This document shows, piece after piece, positions 1 to 10,210 of a stretch of DNA of 20,000 nt. The stretch lies in IMG/VR virus record IMGVR_UViG_3300026382_000273. One strand, given 5' to 3'. Numbering within the stretch: position 1 is the first letter of the stretch; each line of letters starts with the position of its first letter. The notes below the pieces were generated by a model, which searched no databases, was not told where the DNA came from, and saw nothing but the letters and a program-made list of their open reading frames with translations. This stretch comes from an uncultured virus (IMG/VR IMGVR_UViG_3300026382_000273) (taxonomy: Duplodnaviria; Heunggongvirae; Uroviricota; Caudoviricetes). Made by a program: the position numbers and the translations under genes.

Positions 1-224
1 TAAATAAATATATAAAAAATAAAAAAATTGTATTAACTGGTTCAATGTATCCTTATAGAATAAATCCTATTGAAGCTGGAGCTAATTTTGCAAGTGCTAT
101 TACCACTTTACAACTTATTCAAGAAAATGGAATATATATAGCTATTGATGGTATTGTTGAAAAATTTAAAAACATTAAAAAAGATAAAGAAAAAGCATAT
201 TTTTATTTAAAAGAAAAAAATTAA
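1..224 (+). CDS. 3' end of a short asparaginase-domain protein (partial, runs off the window start)
   Basis: Frame from position 3 reads NKYIKNKKIVLTGSMYPYRINPIEAGANFASAITTLQLIQENGIYIAIDGIVEKFKNIKKDKEKAYFYLKEKN*, TAA at 222-224. IVLTGSMxP...EAxxN...GIYIAxxG is characteristic of the asparaginase family. Not in the ORF track. Confidence 0.8.
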   Translation, partial: NKYIKNKKIVLTGSMYPYRINPIEAGANFASAITTLQLIQENGIYIAIDGIVEKFKNIKKDKEKAYFYLKEKN

Positions 225-228
225 AAAA

Positions 229-636
229 TTAATAAACTAAATTAAAAATTGTTCTTTTTCTTATAAAAAAATGTAAAACATATTTTATATATCCTATTTT
301 TTTTACTTTACGATTAATTTCTTTTTTTAATAAAATTTTAAGATTTTCTATATCATTTTTGTTAAGATTAAACCATTCTGTTCTTCCATCATGATATGGA
401 ATATTATTAGGATTAATATGTTTATTCCTAAATAATTGATGTAAAGCACTTTCTAATTCTAATGCTTCTTGTTCAGTTTTACATTTAATATAAAAACTAT
501 CTTTATAATCAATTTTTAAAAAAGTTAAAAATCCAACTATTTGTAAAAATCTTCTAAAAAAGTTATTACTTTTTCCTATTTTATAAAATCCTTTTTTTTT
601 ATCTTTAATTATATAAACATAACTATTATTGAACAT
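229..636 (-). CDS. GIY-YIG superfamily nuclease, T5orf172/Mug113-like domain
   Basis: YVYII...YKIGKS...RR..Q...LESALHQLF...DGRTEWF motif order. AAGGAG RBS upstream and TGATATAAT at 658-666 (-). Confidence 0.85.
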   Translation of the reverse strand: MFNNSYVYIIKDKKKGFYKIGKSNNFFRRFLQIVGFLTFLKIDYKDSFYIKCKTEQEALELESALHQLFRNKHINPNNIPYHDGRTEWFNLNKNDIENLKILLKKEINRKVKKIGYIKYVLHFFIRKRTIFNLVY

Positions 637-657
637 AAAAACTCCTTTCTTTTTTTT

Positions 658-692
658 ATTATATCAAATTAAACTTAAAAATAACTTAAAAA
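658..692 (-). promoter_or_regulatory. sigma70-type promoter for the GIY-YIG gene
   Basis: Minus strand has extended -10 TGATATAAT (658-666) preceded by two periodic TTTAAGTT motifs, similar to the Campylobacter upstream promoter signal. Confidence 0.65.
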
Positions 693-767
693 TTGCGATA
701 TTATTACTATTTTAACTATTTTTAATTTTAAAAGTTATTTTTTAAAATAAAATAAAAAGGTTAGAAT

Positions 768-3700
768 ATGTATATAAAAAGGAATATTAGTATAATATTG
801 TCAATATTTATAATGACTACAACATTTTCAGGTTGTGGGGGAAGTGGCACAAGTGATGGTTCTAATATTGCAATAATTAATGGACAAGTTATTGATGGAC
901 CTGTAAAAGAAGTTAAAGTTTGTATAGATGGAAATTTCAACAAAGTTTGTGATAGTACAGAGCCTTTTGATATTACAGATAGTAAAGGTAAATTCAATAT
1001 CACTTATAATAAAAGAAAAATATCGCTAGTAGCACCTTTAATAGCAGAACCTATCATAAATAAAAGTATGGATACTTATACAAATAAATATTTTATTAAA
1101 AGTTTAAGTGCATATAGGTTAGGAAATGAAAATTTTATATATATAACAGATTTATCTGATATAGTTGCAAAAGAAATATATTATATAAAAGAAAACGATC
1201 CAACTACAATACTAACTTCAATTGCTATTGCTAATCTTAACAATATATATTCAAAGAATATTTTTGGTCATATTGTACGATTAAATCAATATAATCCTTT
1301 AAAAAATAAAGATAATTTAGTTTTTTTCCATTTTTTCGAAAAACTTAAAAATAATAAAAAAATAGATAATATTAAACTTTTAAATAATAAATTAAGTGAT
1401 TTATTAGATGAAAATACAACTGCTTATTATAATGATTTAAAAAATAAAATAAGTAATGGAAATATTAAATCTGTAAAAGATTTACAAATAGCTTTAAAAT
1501 TAAATAATGAGAATTTATTAAATAAAATTTTAAATGGTGATATATTAACAGATAAAGATATTATTACTGGAATTTTATTAAATATTAATGATAAACAAAA
1601 ATTAGATATTAATTCAACTTTAATAAATAATATAGCAAAACAATTAGCGAATAGTGATGTAAATATTAATAATTTAGATAAAAATAATAGTATTCCTATA
1701 TTTACTAAAAATGGTGTAATACCTTTAGGTGAAGTATTTTCAACATATAAAAATGATGATAATCAAATAGTAATGGAAGGAAAAATTCCTTTTAACAATT
1801 ATTTAACTGAAAATAAAACATATTATGTATCTTTTAATAATGGATTACCTTTAAACATTACTAATTCTGCTTCTGTATTATTAGATGGAAAAAATATAGG
1901 ACTTTCATTTGCCAATTCATATATAAACGATGATAATATTGCTAAATATTATATTTTAAAGAATGGTGAAGTTGTTATAAAAGATAATGATAATAATATT
2001 TTTCTTATTGATCAAAATGGAAATAAATTTTTTTTAAAAAATTATAATATTAATGGCTATAATATTACATTAACAGATAAAAATAATAATACTATTACCT
2101 ATGAACTATCTAATAATTCTGTTAATAATGAATTGTTTAAAGAAGGTATTAAATATACTAAATATTATTTAAAAAATGATGAAATTTTAATCAAAGATAA
2201 TCTTGATAATTCTTATATTTTATATAATCCAAATACAAATCAAATATCTTCTATATCAAATGTTTCATTTGATAGTATAGGTAATGTTGTAATAGATGAC
2301 GTTTCTTACAGTCTTCAAAATAATATTTTAAATTATCAAGTATCCTCAATATATATAACTAATGATGGAAGTACTTTTATTGTTAAAAATAATAAAGTTA
2401 AATATATAAAATCTGATGGAACAGTTATAAATATTCCTGTAAATAATTTTACAGTTAGTGATGGAAGTATTAATATATCAATAAATGGAAATAAAGAAAC
2501 TTTTATTATAAATAAAACAAAAACAGAAGCTATTACAAGTCTAAATCCAATTTCATTTAATAAATTTATTAAATTATCCGATGGAAATTATTTAATAGAT
2601 AATAATGAAGGTAAATATATAATTTCGGATAATGAAATAATTCCATTATCTTCATATACTTATGATTCGATAAATAATAATATCGATTATACCATTATTT
2701 CAAAAGGATTAACTGATACTATTTTAGGACAAACAAAAAAATTAAATGATCTTAATAACAATGAAGAAATTAAAAATTTATATTTAACAATAAATGATAA
2801 TATAATTACTTCAACAAATGCTAATAATGATTATTTAATAGATACAGATAGTAATCAAACTTCATTATCCTCATATACCATTGATGGAAATATAATAACA
2901 TATACAATAGATGGAACTTCTAATGAAGAAAATTTAAGTTCAATTAATTCAACTATTCAAAATTTACTTACTGATAATGGAACTATTAAAAAAATATATA
3001 TTTTATCTAATAAAATTTTACTTGAATTTAACAATGGAACAAACTATTTAATAAATAAAAATTCTGGTATTTCATATAAGGTTAATAATATTAGTGAAAA
3101 TTTACCTAATTTAAGTTGTGATATTATTTCTAACAATACTAACAGTACTAAAATATCTTTAAATTTAATTGATCAAATGAAAGATGAAAAAAATATATTA
3201 GATACTATTAAATTAGATAATAATGATATTATTGTAATTTTAAATAATGGAAAAACACTATTATATAATTCAGAAAATAATATTTATACTGAAATTTCTG
3301 ATTTAATACTAAAAGGAAATACAGTTTCTTATAAAAAGAAAAATGGAGCTGTAGTTACAAAAAATGTAATAGATAATCTGAATAATATATTATCTAATAA
3401 TAATATTGAAACAACATTATTAGCAGATGGAAGTATTTTATATAAAACTTTAAATAATTATATTTTAGTTGATAATAATGGTAATATTAATACTTATAAT
3501 AAAAATAATGTTAGTTTTAATAAAAATAAAACTGTTTCATATCAATATACAGATACTAATGGAATAGTTCATACAATTGTTGGAACTTGGAATATAGATG
3601 ATAATGGCAATCTTATTGTTTCAGATCCTGAAACAAATAAAACATTACTAAATATAGGACTATCAGGTAATAATAGTAATTTAGAAATAAAAGTTAAAAA

Positions 3701-4829
3701 CTTAAAAACTAATGAAACTAAGTTAGGAACAGTAACATTAGCTGATAATTTACAAACAACAGTTACAGATACTTCACAAGCAATAACTTTTGTAAAAAAT
3801 AAAATTTTACCTTTTAATATTTCTGATTTATTAGGTAAATCTTATACAAAACAATCAACTAGTAATACTATTAATTTTAATAATAACGGTATAGCAACAG
3901 AAGTAATAGACAAAGTTGGTATAATTCCTTATTATTATAAAATAGATAATAATGTTTTAATTTTAACTAATATGTATGACCCTAATGAAATAATATATTA
4001 TATACCGGTAAAATTGATTGAGGGAAAACATTATAAATTTAATATAGTAAAAACAAAAAATAATAAAGTTATTAAAAATTATAAAGATGTATTAATCAAA
4101 GTATTAGATGATAAATATGCTCCTTATATAAATTCATTTATACAGTCAGCACAATTTACTCCTCAAGCAGTTGATTATAATAATAAAACATTTTATTTTG
4201 CAGATGGAAGTTATTATTATTTAACAAATAATAACATTGTATTATCTAATACTTTTAATAATATAGGTTTATGGGTTTATAAAAATAATGTTTTATATCT
4301 TTCTAATATGATTAATAAAAAATTTGAATTAGGACAAAAATATTCAAATGGTCCTATTCATACTATGCAATTATTAGATTTAGTAAATTCTATATGGGCA
4401 GAAAGAAAAATCTTTATAGTAAATGGAAAACCAGAACAAATAATTAATAACACAACAGATGCTAAAAATTATATAACAGATAATTATATAGCACCAGATC
4501 TTACCAATTCTAATATTACTTTTACATTTAATTCTGCTTTCCCTAATAAACTTGATATTTATAGAATTACGACTTATACTTATTATAATGAAACAACCGG
4601 GGAATATACAGATACAATGATTTATATTTATGGTAAAAATGGTTTAATAACTTCTGGAGTTTTAAATAATTATTATAATAACGGCGTTATTTATGTAAAT
4701 GGTTATTATATAATGTTTACAAAGCTTGAATGGAATAAAGTTGAAGCTAATATTATAAAAGTTGACAGTAATAAAAAAGTTGTAAATGTTTATAAAGCAA
4801 ATGGAAGTATTTATTATAATGAATATTAA
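768..4829 (+). CDS. Large Asn/Ile-rich surface lipoprotein with ~70-aa degenerate internal repeats
   Basis: Signal peptide with lipobox FSG-C followed by a GGSG linker. N-terminal motif GQVIDGPVKEVKVCIDGNFNKVCDSTEPFDITDSKGKF resembles a two-Cys module common at the start of large proteobacterial lipoproteins. AAAGG RBS. 1353-aa uninterrupted frame. Confidence 0.8.
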   Translation: MYIKRNISIILSIFIMTTTFSGCGGSGTSDGSNIAIINGQVIDGPVKEVKVCIDGNFNKVCDSTEPFDITDSKGKFNITYNKRKISLVAPLIAEPIINKSMDTYTNKYFIKSLSAYRLGNENFIYITDLSDIVAKEIYYIKENDPTTILTSIAIANLNNIYSKNIFGHIVRLNQYNPLKNKDNLVFFHFFEKLKNNKKIDNIKLLNNKLSDLLDENTTAYYNDLKNKISNGNIKSVKDLQIALKLNNENLLNKILNGDILTDKDIITGILLNINDKQKLDINSTLINNIAKQLANSDVNINNLDKNNSIPIFTKNGVIPLGEVFSTYKNDDNQIVMEGKIPFNNYLTENKTYYVSFNNGLPLNITNSASVLLDGKNIGLSFANSYINDDNIAKYYILKNGEVVIKDNDNNIFLIDQNGNKFFLKNYNINGYNITLTDKNNNTITYELSNNSVNNELFKEGIKYTKYYLKNDEILIKDNLDNSYILYNPNTNQISSISNVSFDSIGNVVIDDVSYSLQNNILNYQVSSIYITNDGSTFIVKNNKVKYIKSDGTVINIPVNNFTVSDGSINISINGNKETFIINKTKTEAITSLNPISFNKFIKLSDGNYLIDNNEGKYIISDNEIIPLSSYTYDSINNNIDYTIISKGLTDTILGQTKKLNDLNNNEEIKNLYLTINDNIITSTNANNDYLIDTDSNQTSLSSYTIDGNIITYTIDGTSNEENLSSINSTIQNLLTDNGTIKKIYILSNKILLEFNNGTNYLINKNSGISYKVNNISENLPNLSCDIISNNTNSTKISLNLIDQMKDEKNILDTIKLDNNDIIVILNNGKTLLYNSENNIYTEISDLILKGNTVSYKKKNGAVVTKNVIDNLNNILSNNNIETTLLADGSILYKTLNNYILVDNNGNINTYNKNNVSFNKNKTVSYQYTDTNGIVHTIVGTWNIDDNGNLIVSDPETNKTLLNIGLSGNNSNLEIKVKNLKTNETKLGTVTLADNLQTTVTDTSQAITFVKNKILPFNISDLLGKSYTKQSTSNTINFNNNGIATEVIDKVGIIPYYYKIDNNVLILTNMYDPNEIIYYIPVKLIEGKHYKFNIVKTKNNKVIKNYKDVLIKVLDDKYAPYINSFIQSAQFTPQAVDYNNKTFYFADGSYYYLTNNNIVLSNTFNNIGLWVYKNNVLYLSNMINKKFELGQKYSNGPIHTMQLLDLVNSIWAERKIFIVNGKPEQIINNTTDAKNYITDNYIAPDLTNSNITFTFNSAFPNKLDIYRITTYTYYNETTGEYTDTMIYIYGKNGLITSGVLNNYYNNGVIYVNGYYIMFTKLEWNKVEANIIKVDSNKKVVNVYKANGSIYYNEY

Positions 4830-4837
4830 ATTTTAAG

Positions 4838-5418
4838 TTAATTAAATAAATTAATTTCTTTTAATTCTTTTTTTAAATTATTATCTTTTAATTTTTCTAA
4901 TATATTTTTATATTTTTGTATTTGATATTTTAATTTTTCAATTTTAGATTTAATTTTTTCTTTTAGTATATATGTATCATCATTTAATAATTTTTTCAAA
5001 ACAACTTCATTATAATATCTTAAATCATAAATTTCTTTATCTTTATTATAGCTAAAAATAAAATCGAATTCATCTTCATTTAAAATTTTTTTTAATTTAG
5101 TTTTATATTCTTTTAGAAATTCTAATTGTAAAATATAATCTTTATTTATTTTGTTTATAAAATATATAAATAAAAATATTGATAATATTGGAATGCTTAT
5201 AGCTAAAATTTTTGATATTGTATATGATATTACAGTTATTATTGCAGTTATTGCAAAAAATAATATTGTAAATAATGAAATATATGTTTCTTTGTCTTCT
5301 GTTAAATAAAATTTAAATTTTAATTTTTCGTAATTTTGATATATTTTATTTAATTCAGGTAATATATTCTTTATTTTATTATTTAAATTTTTCAAATATT
5401 GTTCTTTTTTTTATACAT
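4838..5418 (-). CDS. Hypothetical membrane protein (two TM segments); natural ATG at 5418 is out of frame in an A8 tract
   Basis: ORF 4838-5395 has two hydrophobic helices. AAGGA RBS + ATG at 5418 reads MYKKKNNI* as given; one extra A in the A8 run (5405-5412) gives MYKKKEQYLKNL..., in frame with the ORF. Confidence 0.6.
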
Positions 5419-5479
5419 TTTAAATTCCTTTTAGAAAATTTTTTTATTTTAACATAAAATTTTTATATAACAAAAAAAA

Positions 5480-5511
5480 TTAAGTTTTTTTTAAGTTTAA
5501 CTTGGTATAAT
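5480..5511 (+). promoter_or_regulatory. sigma70-type promoter
   Basis: TTAAGTTTTTTTTAAGTTTAAC followed by TGGTATAAT (5503-5511), upstream of AAGGAG and the 5533 ORF. Confidence 0.65.
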
Positions 5512-5532
5512 TATATTAACTAAATTAAAGGA

Positions 5533-5739
5533 GTGCTGATGCAATGGGAAAAAATAGAAAAACATATTCCAGATAACAAAATTCAAGAAGTAAAGAAACT
5601 TTTTGAGGAAATATTAGCGATTAAAAGCTTAGAAACAGAAGAAATTTTTACTTTTTTAAGCAGTGAATTATGGGAAGCATTTTCTTTTGAGCAAATTGAA
5701 AGACAAAAAAATAAAAATAAAGGAATGGAAAATGCTTGA
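5533..5739 (+). CDS. Small hypothetical protein
   Basis: 68-aa ORF after promoter and AAGGAG; the start may be the ATG at 5539. Its end overlaps the next gene. Confidence 0.6.
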   Translation: MLMQWEKIEKHIPDNKIQEVKKLFEEILAIKSLETEEIFTFLSSELWEAFSFEQIERQKNKNKGMENA

Positions 5740-6172
5740 AATAATTGATAAAAAAGTTCTAAAAATAATTGGTGAAAGACCAAAAAAAATATCCAAACAA
5801 GATATGAAATATATTCTTAAAGTAAAAGATCCAATTACTGGAGAAATTCTTAAAGAACATATTATTGATTATAAAACTTATGTTATATATAAGAATAATA
5901 AAAACTACGAAATTGAAATAAGTCCAGAAAGTCTTAAACAACAAGAAGAAATAGAAAAGCAACAAGAACAATATGATCAAAAATATAAAAAAATATATGA
6001 AAAGCTAGAAAAAGAAATGCACATAGATGAAAAAATGAAAAGAAATATTCAAAGAATTATTGAAACAATAAATGATTGGATTGATATTTATGATTATAAA
6101 GAAGATGATACAAGTCTTAAAAAAGAACTTGAAGAAGTAATTATTGAAGTAATTAATTCATATCAAAAATAA
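5732..6172 (+). CDS. Hypothetical protein (start revised to 5732, MLEIIDKK...)
   Basis: AAGGA upstream of the ATG at 5732, overlapping the end of the previous gene. Charged helical C-terminus. Confidence 0.7.
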   Translation: MLEIIDKKVLKIIGERPKKISKQDMKYILKVKDPITGEILKEHIIDYKTYVIYKNNKNYEIEISPESLKQQEEIEKQQEQYDQKYKKIYEKLEKEMHIDEKMKRNIQRIIETINDWIDIYDYKEDDTSLKKELEEVIIEVINSYQK

Positions 6173-6243
6173 TTCTTTTTTATTAAAAAATTTAAAATAT
6201 TTTTGGTGTGATAATATTAGTAAAATTTAATAAAAGGAATATA

Positions 6244-6714
6244 ATGTTTTTAAATACAAAAAAAATAGAAGAAATTATACAAAGAAAACTTGAAATTCCA
6301 AAAGGAAAAATTAATATTGTAAAAGAAATAACTGTAAATAAACAAAAATAACATAAATTAAAATTACAATTTATAAATTTATGGGATATAGAAATTGATG
6401 TAAAAATAATAACTAATGAAGAAGGTAAAAAAATTATGATTGAAGGATTGAATGATGAAATAGATGTTTATTTACTTTCTGAAATTAAAGAAGGTAATGA
6501 AATAAAAATGGATAAACCTATTAAATTAGGCTATTTTTATCTTACAACACAAGAAGGAAATTATTTGGATTGTCATAAAAATGGATTGATTGATTTAAAA
6601 ATTCCACTTATGATTAATACTGAAAAAAACAGTATAATTATGGCATATAATGAATGGAAAAAAGAACAAAAAGAAAAATTAGATAATAATGAAGAATTAC
6701 AACAAAATATTTAA
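6244..6714 (+). pseudogene. Hypothetical gene interrupted by one in-frame TAA
   Basis: AAAGGA RBS + ATG at 6244 is in frame with the 6436-6714 ORF; the only interruption is TAA at 6349-6351 (MFLNTKKIEE...NKQK*HKLKLQFINLWDIEIDV...). Possible -10 TGTGATAAT at 6207-6215. Confidence 0.65.
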
Positions 6715-6720
6715 AATATA

Positions 6721-6750
6721 TTGATTTTTTTTAATTAATTATGATATAAT
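6721..6750 (+). promoter_or_regulatory. sigma70-type promoter
   Basis: TTGATT (6721-6726), 18 nt, TATAAT (6745-6750) with TG extension. Confidence 0.65.
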
Positions 6751-6770
6751 TAAATCAAAAAGGAACAAAA

Positions 6771-7193
6771 ATGTTGAAAAAAATTAAAGTTATAACTAAA
6801 GTCCATTTAAACAGATATAATGAAATTGATGTTGTATATTTAAAAGAAGAAGTTATTGTATCTGAAAAAACTGCACCTTTGCTTATTGAGTTTATTGAAG
6901 AAAATGGTATTGAAAAAGTAAAAGAATTTGTAAAAAATGCAAAAGAACTAGACAAAAAAGATAAAGAAATTTTATTGAAAGAATTAAATACAGTATTTTT
7001 TAAAGATATTAAAATTCTTAAAAAAGGGGTAAATTTTAACAAAAAAATAAAATATGCATTAGATAATCTTGTTGACAAAATTATTGATTATATTGAAGAA
7101 AACCAAAAAGAAACAGAATTTAATTATGATTATACTGAAGGAATTTATGACGAAGAAGAAAGTAAAGTTTATACTTTACTAAAAGTTCTTTAA
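6771..7193 (+). CDS. Hypothetical protein
   Basis: 140-aa ORF with AAGGA RBS and its own promoter; no recognisable motif. Confidence 0.75.
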   Translation: MLKKIKVITKVHLNRYNEIDVVYLKEEVIVSEKTAPLLIEFIEENGIEKVKEFVKNAKELDKKDKEILLKELNTVFFKDIKILKKGVNFNKKIKYALDNLVDKIIDYIEENQKETEFNYDYTEGIYDEEESKVYTLLKVL

Positions 7194-7372
7194 TTTTTTT
7201 TTGTTTTTAAATAAAAACGATTTTATTTCTAAGTTATTTATTTTAATTTTTTCTTTTATTTAATATAAAATATGTTTAATATTTTTTTAATATATATGAT
7301 GTTAGTGGGGATTAAAAAATAAAAAAAAATAATATCTTTTTGTATTTGAATTTTTATTATTTTAATTCTTTA

Positions 7373-8182
7373 TTAGAAAGTTGCATCAATTTCTATATAA
7401 AAACCTTTGTATTTTATTTCTGTTTCATTATCACCATCAACACCATATGCTTCTTTATATCTATATCCAGCTTTTATTTCTGGATTTACAGGTCCTGGAA
7501 TATCTATTGTATATTTAATTCCACCATCATAATCATAGTGATGATTATCTCCTACTTTTGCCCATTTAACATTTCCATATAATGAAGTATTAAAAATTTT
7601 CATTGTTTGAATTTCGCCATATACATAAGGTAATACAACACTCCAATCTTCATCAATATTTACAGAATTATTTGTAATTTTTTCATATCCATTAATTTTT
7701 GTATTACCTTTCCAAATATCCGCTCCTGCACCTAAATTAAAAGTAGCAAAAGCAGGACTAAATGTATAATACAATGTAATATCATATGAATTAATGGTTT
7801 GTTTAGTATTAGCATTAACTATTGCAGTATTAATATCAACATCATCAAATAATTCAACATTACCAGCTATATAATCGCTATGTCCACTTGTATTATATCT
7901 TGTATATTGAAATTTAACATTAGGAATGAATGGAATAAGCGTATGAATTTTTAACCATACATAAGGATTTTTTTTATCTTCTAATCCAAAATTTCCTGTA
8001 TTTGAATTTCCATCATTTTCAGCGGAAGCATTATTAAAATAATTTATTGTATTACCATTTTTAACATATCCTGAAATATTTTGTTGCCAAATACCAATAC
8101 CACCTGATAACACTAATGGTTCTGCTATTGCCGTTGAAGCAAGACCCATTGCTAAAATTGCACTTAACATTAATTTTTTCAT
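7373..8182 (-). CDS. Outer-membrane beta-barrel protein, TIGR04219-like
   Basis: Sec signal peptide (AIA-EP), GGIGIWQQNISG start, P..PNVKFQYT, alternating amphipathic strands, AGYRY, C-terminal GFYIEIDATF ending in Phe (BAM signal). TGTTATAAT at 8212-8220 (-). Confidence 0.8.
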   Translation of the reverse strand: MKKLMLSAILAMGLASTAIAEPLVLSGGIGIWQQNISGYVKNGNTINYFNNASAENDGNSNTGNFGLEDKKNPYVWLKIHTLIPFIPNVKFQYTRYNTSGHSDYIAGNVELFDDVDINTAIVNANTKQTINSYDITLYYTFSPAFATFNLGAGADIWKGNTKINGYEKITNNSVNIDEDWSVVLPYVYGEIQTMKIFNTSLYGNVKWAKVGDNHHYDYDGGIKYTIDIPGPVNPEIKAGYRYKEAYGVDGDNETEIKYKGFYIEIDATF

Positions 8183-8262
8183 ACTTTTTCCTTTAATAAT
8201 TTATTTATAGAATTATAACAATAATTTAGTATTTTATAAAAAAATAAATTATATATATTTTT

Positions 8263-9189
8263 TTAATTATTGGTCTTATTAAAACTTAAGTTTATATAAT
8301 TAAAAATTATATTTTTAAAAAATTGATAATCTTTATTAGAAAGAATAATATTATCTTTGAAATATAAATAAACATTTAAATCTTTTCTTAATTTTTTATA
8401 TTTTTTATCTTCAATGAAATTTTTATGTAAATAACACATTTGACTTAAAATATATAATAAAAATAATTTTTTATTTTTAGATATTTTATAATATTGTGTA
8501 TAATCAATATTAATATTAAAAAATATATTTTTGATTTTTTTATATATTAAATATGATATTTTTTTATTTATATATTTTTCTGCATCATAGAGTAATAAAA
8601 GTTTTTTAAATGTTATATAATCTAACTGTATAGAATAATTATAAATTTCTTTTGTATTTATATCTTTAAATTTTATTTCCAAAATAGGAGATTTTATATA
8701 CTGCTTTTTATATTTTTCATAGTCTTTTACAATATCTTTTATATTTTGTATAAGTGTATTATTCAAACACAAATCTTTATAAGTTAATTCAATTATAGGA
8801 TTTTTTTCAGTATTTTTAAAAATCAATATAAATTTTAATTTAGTAAAATCGAAAGTTTTATATGTAAAAAATTTTTTAAATAATAATCCTATTATACCTT
8901 CATATTCTTCAATTGCTTTTTTAGGAATATTAACATTTATATTTCTATTTGAATAAATAAAAACTGCATTATTTTCTTTTGTTTTTTTACTTAATTCAGT
9001 TAATAGATTTTTATAAATATAAATATTATTTTTTGAAGTTTTTTTAATAAAATTTTTAACAGGTTGATAAATTTCTTCTAAGTTTCTTTTTTTTGTATCA
9101 TTTATTTTATTTTTATAAAAAAAATAATTATTTATATATATGGTTCCAAGTTTTATAATTTTTTTATCAAATCTCAGTATTTGTGCCAT
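8263..9189 (-). CDS. Hypothetical basic protein
   Basis: 308-aa ORF translationally coupled (TAATG overlap at 9189) to the upstream gene; no motif recognised. Confidence 0.7.
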   Translation of the reverse strand: MAQILRFDKKIIKLGTIYINNYFFYKNKINDTKKRNLEEIYQPVKNFIKKTSKNNIYIYKNLLTELSKKTKENNAVFIYSNRNINVNIPKKAIEEYEGIIGLLFKKFFTYKTFDFTKLKFILIFKNTEKNPIIELTYKDLCLNNTLIQNIKDIVKDYEKYKKQYIKSPILEIKFKDINTKEIYNYSIQLDYITFKKLLLLYDAEKYINKKISYLIYKKIKNIFFNINIDYTQYYKISKNKKLFLLYILSQMCYLHKNFIEDKKYKKLRKDLNVYLYFKDNIILSNKDYQFFKNIIFNYINLSFNKTNN

Positions 9190-10088
9190 TAATTAATATC
9201 CTCTAATAATAATTTTAGTTCATCATGTAATTGGTTTATTGTTTTTGAATATTTTATTATTTTATCAATTTGTTCTTGATATTTATTATCAAAATTTTCA
9301 GTTTGTTTTATTAAATCATTTTTGGTTTCATCAATAATATTTTTACTTTCTTCAATACTTTTAATAAAAGTGTTTAATGTAAATTGTTCTTTTTTTAATT
9401 TAGTAATTAATTTATCTAAATCTGCAAATGTATTAAATTGCTTTTTAATAAATTTATTAAATTCTTCTGTTTTATATATATATTCTTCTGTTTTTGTCTT
9501 AATAATATCTTGTAAATTATTTAAATGTTTGTTTGAATTTTCTTTTAATTCTTTTAGATTTTTTTCTTGCTGTTCTTTAATAAAATTTTCAGTTTCTCTT
9601 TTTGTTTTACTAATTGTTTTTATTAGTTCATTTTTTAAAGTATTTAATATTTCATTAGCAATATTATTAATATCTAATTTAATGTTGGTAGTTTCTTTTT
9701 TTAATTCTTCCCATTTATTTAATATATATTTAATATGTTTTATTTGTTCTTTATTTATGTTAAATAAAAAATTATTAATTTTTAAATTATATGAAACAAA
9801 AACATCTTTTTTTCTATTTTGTGCGGTATATTTATAGTCTTCATAAAAATTTTCTATTATTTCAATATTTGCATTTGAATTAAAATAAATGTTTCCAATA
9901 TTATTACAACAAAAATATGTAATTACTAATAAATTATTTTCTATATTTATATTTTTAAAACTTAAAATTTTATGTTGTTTTTTTAATTCACTTTCATATT
10001 TGGAATTTCGCCAGGAATCAATAGTTTTAACTTGTTTTTTTAAATCTTCAAATTTTTTATTCCAATCTATTTCTTCATTATAAGTCAT
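9189..10088 (-). CDS. Hypothetical protein with long C-terminal coiled coil
   Basis: 299 aa, AAAGG RBS, heptad-like K/E/Q/L/I-rich C-terminal half. Confidence 0.75.
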   Translation of the reverse strand: MTYNEEIDWNKKFEDLKKQVKTIDSWRNSKYESELKKQHKILSFKNINIENNLLVITYFCCNNIGNIYFNSNANIEIIENFYEDYKYTAQNRKKDVFVSYNLKINNFLFNINKEQIKHIKYILNKWEELKKETTNIKLDINNIANEILNTLKNELIKTISKTKRETENFIKEQQEKNLKELKENSNKHLNNLQDIIKTKTEEYIYKTEEFNKFIKKQFNTFADLDKLITKLKKEQFTLNTFIKSIEESKNIIDETKNDLIKQTENFDNKYQEQIDKIIKYSKTINQLHDELKLLLEDIN

Positions 10089-10210
10089 TTTTTACCTTTT
10101 TTATGTATTTATTTTTACTAAAGTGTAAAAATTACACATTCCTTAATTTTATTTTTTTAATAGGATTTTTATAATAATATCAAAAAATTTTATTAAAGTA
10201 AAGGTAAATT

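Noticed and set aside
715..725. ACTATTTTTAA near the lipoprotein promoter matching the 3' flank of element copy 1
   Set aside because: Only 11 nt, nearly all A/T, first flank base mismatched; expected by chance in this composition.
7194..7372. Long intergenic gap containing TTAGTGGGG, similar to part of the repeated element
   Set aside because: No other block of the element, no hairpin and no TCAC end.
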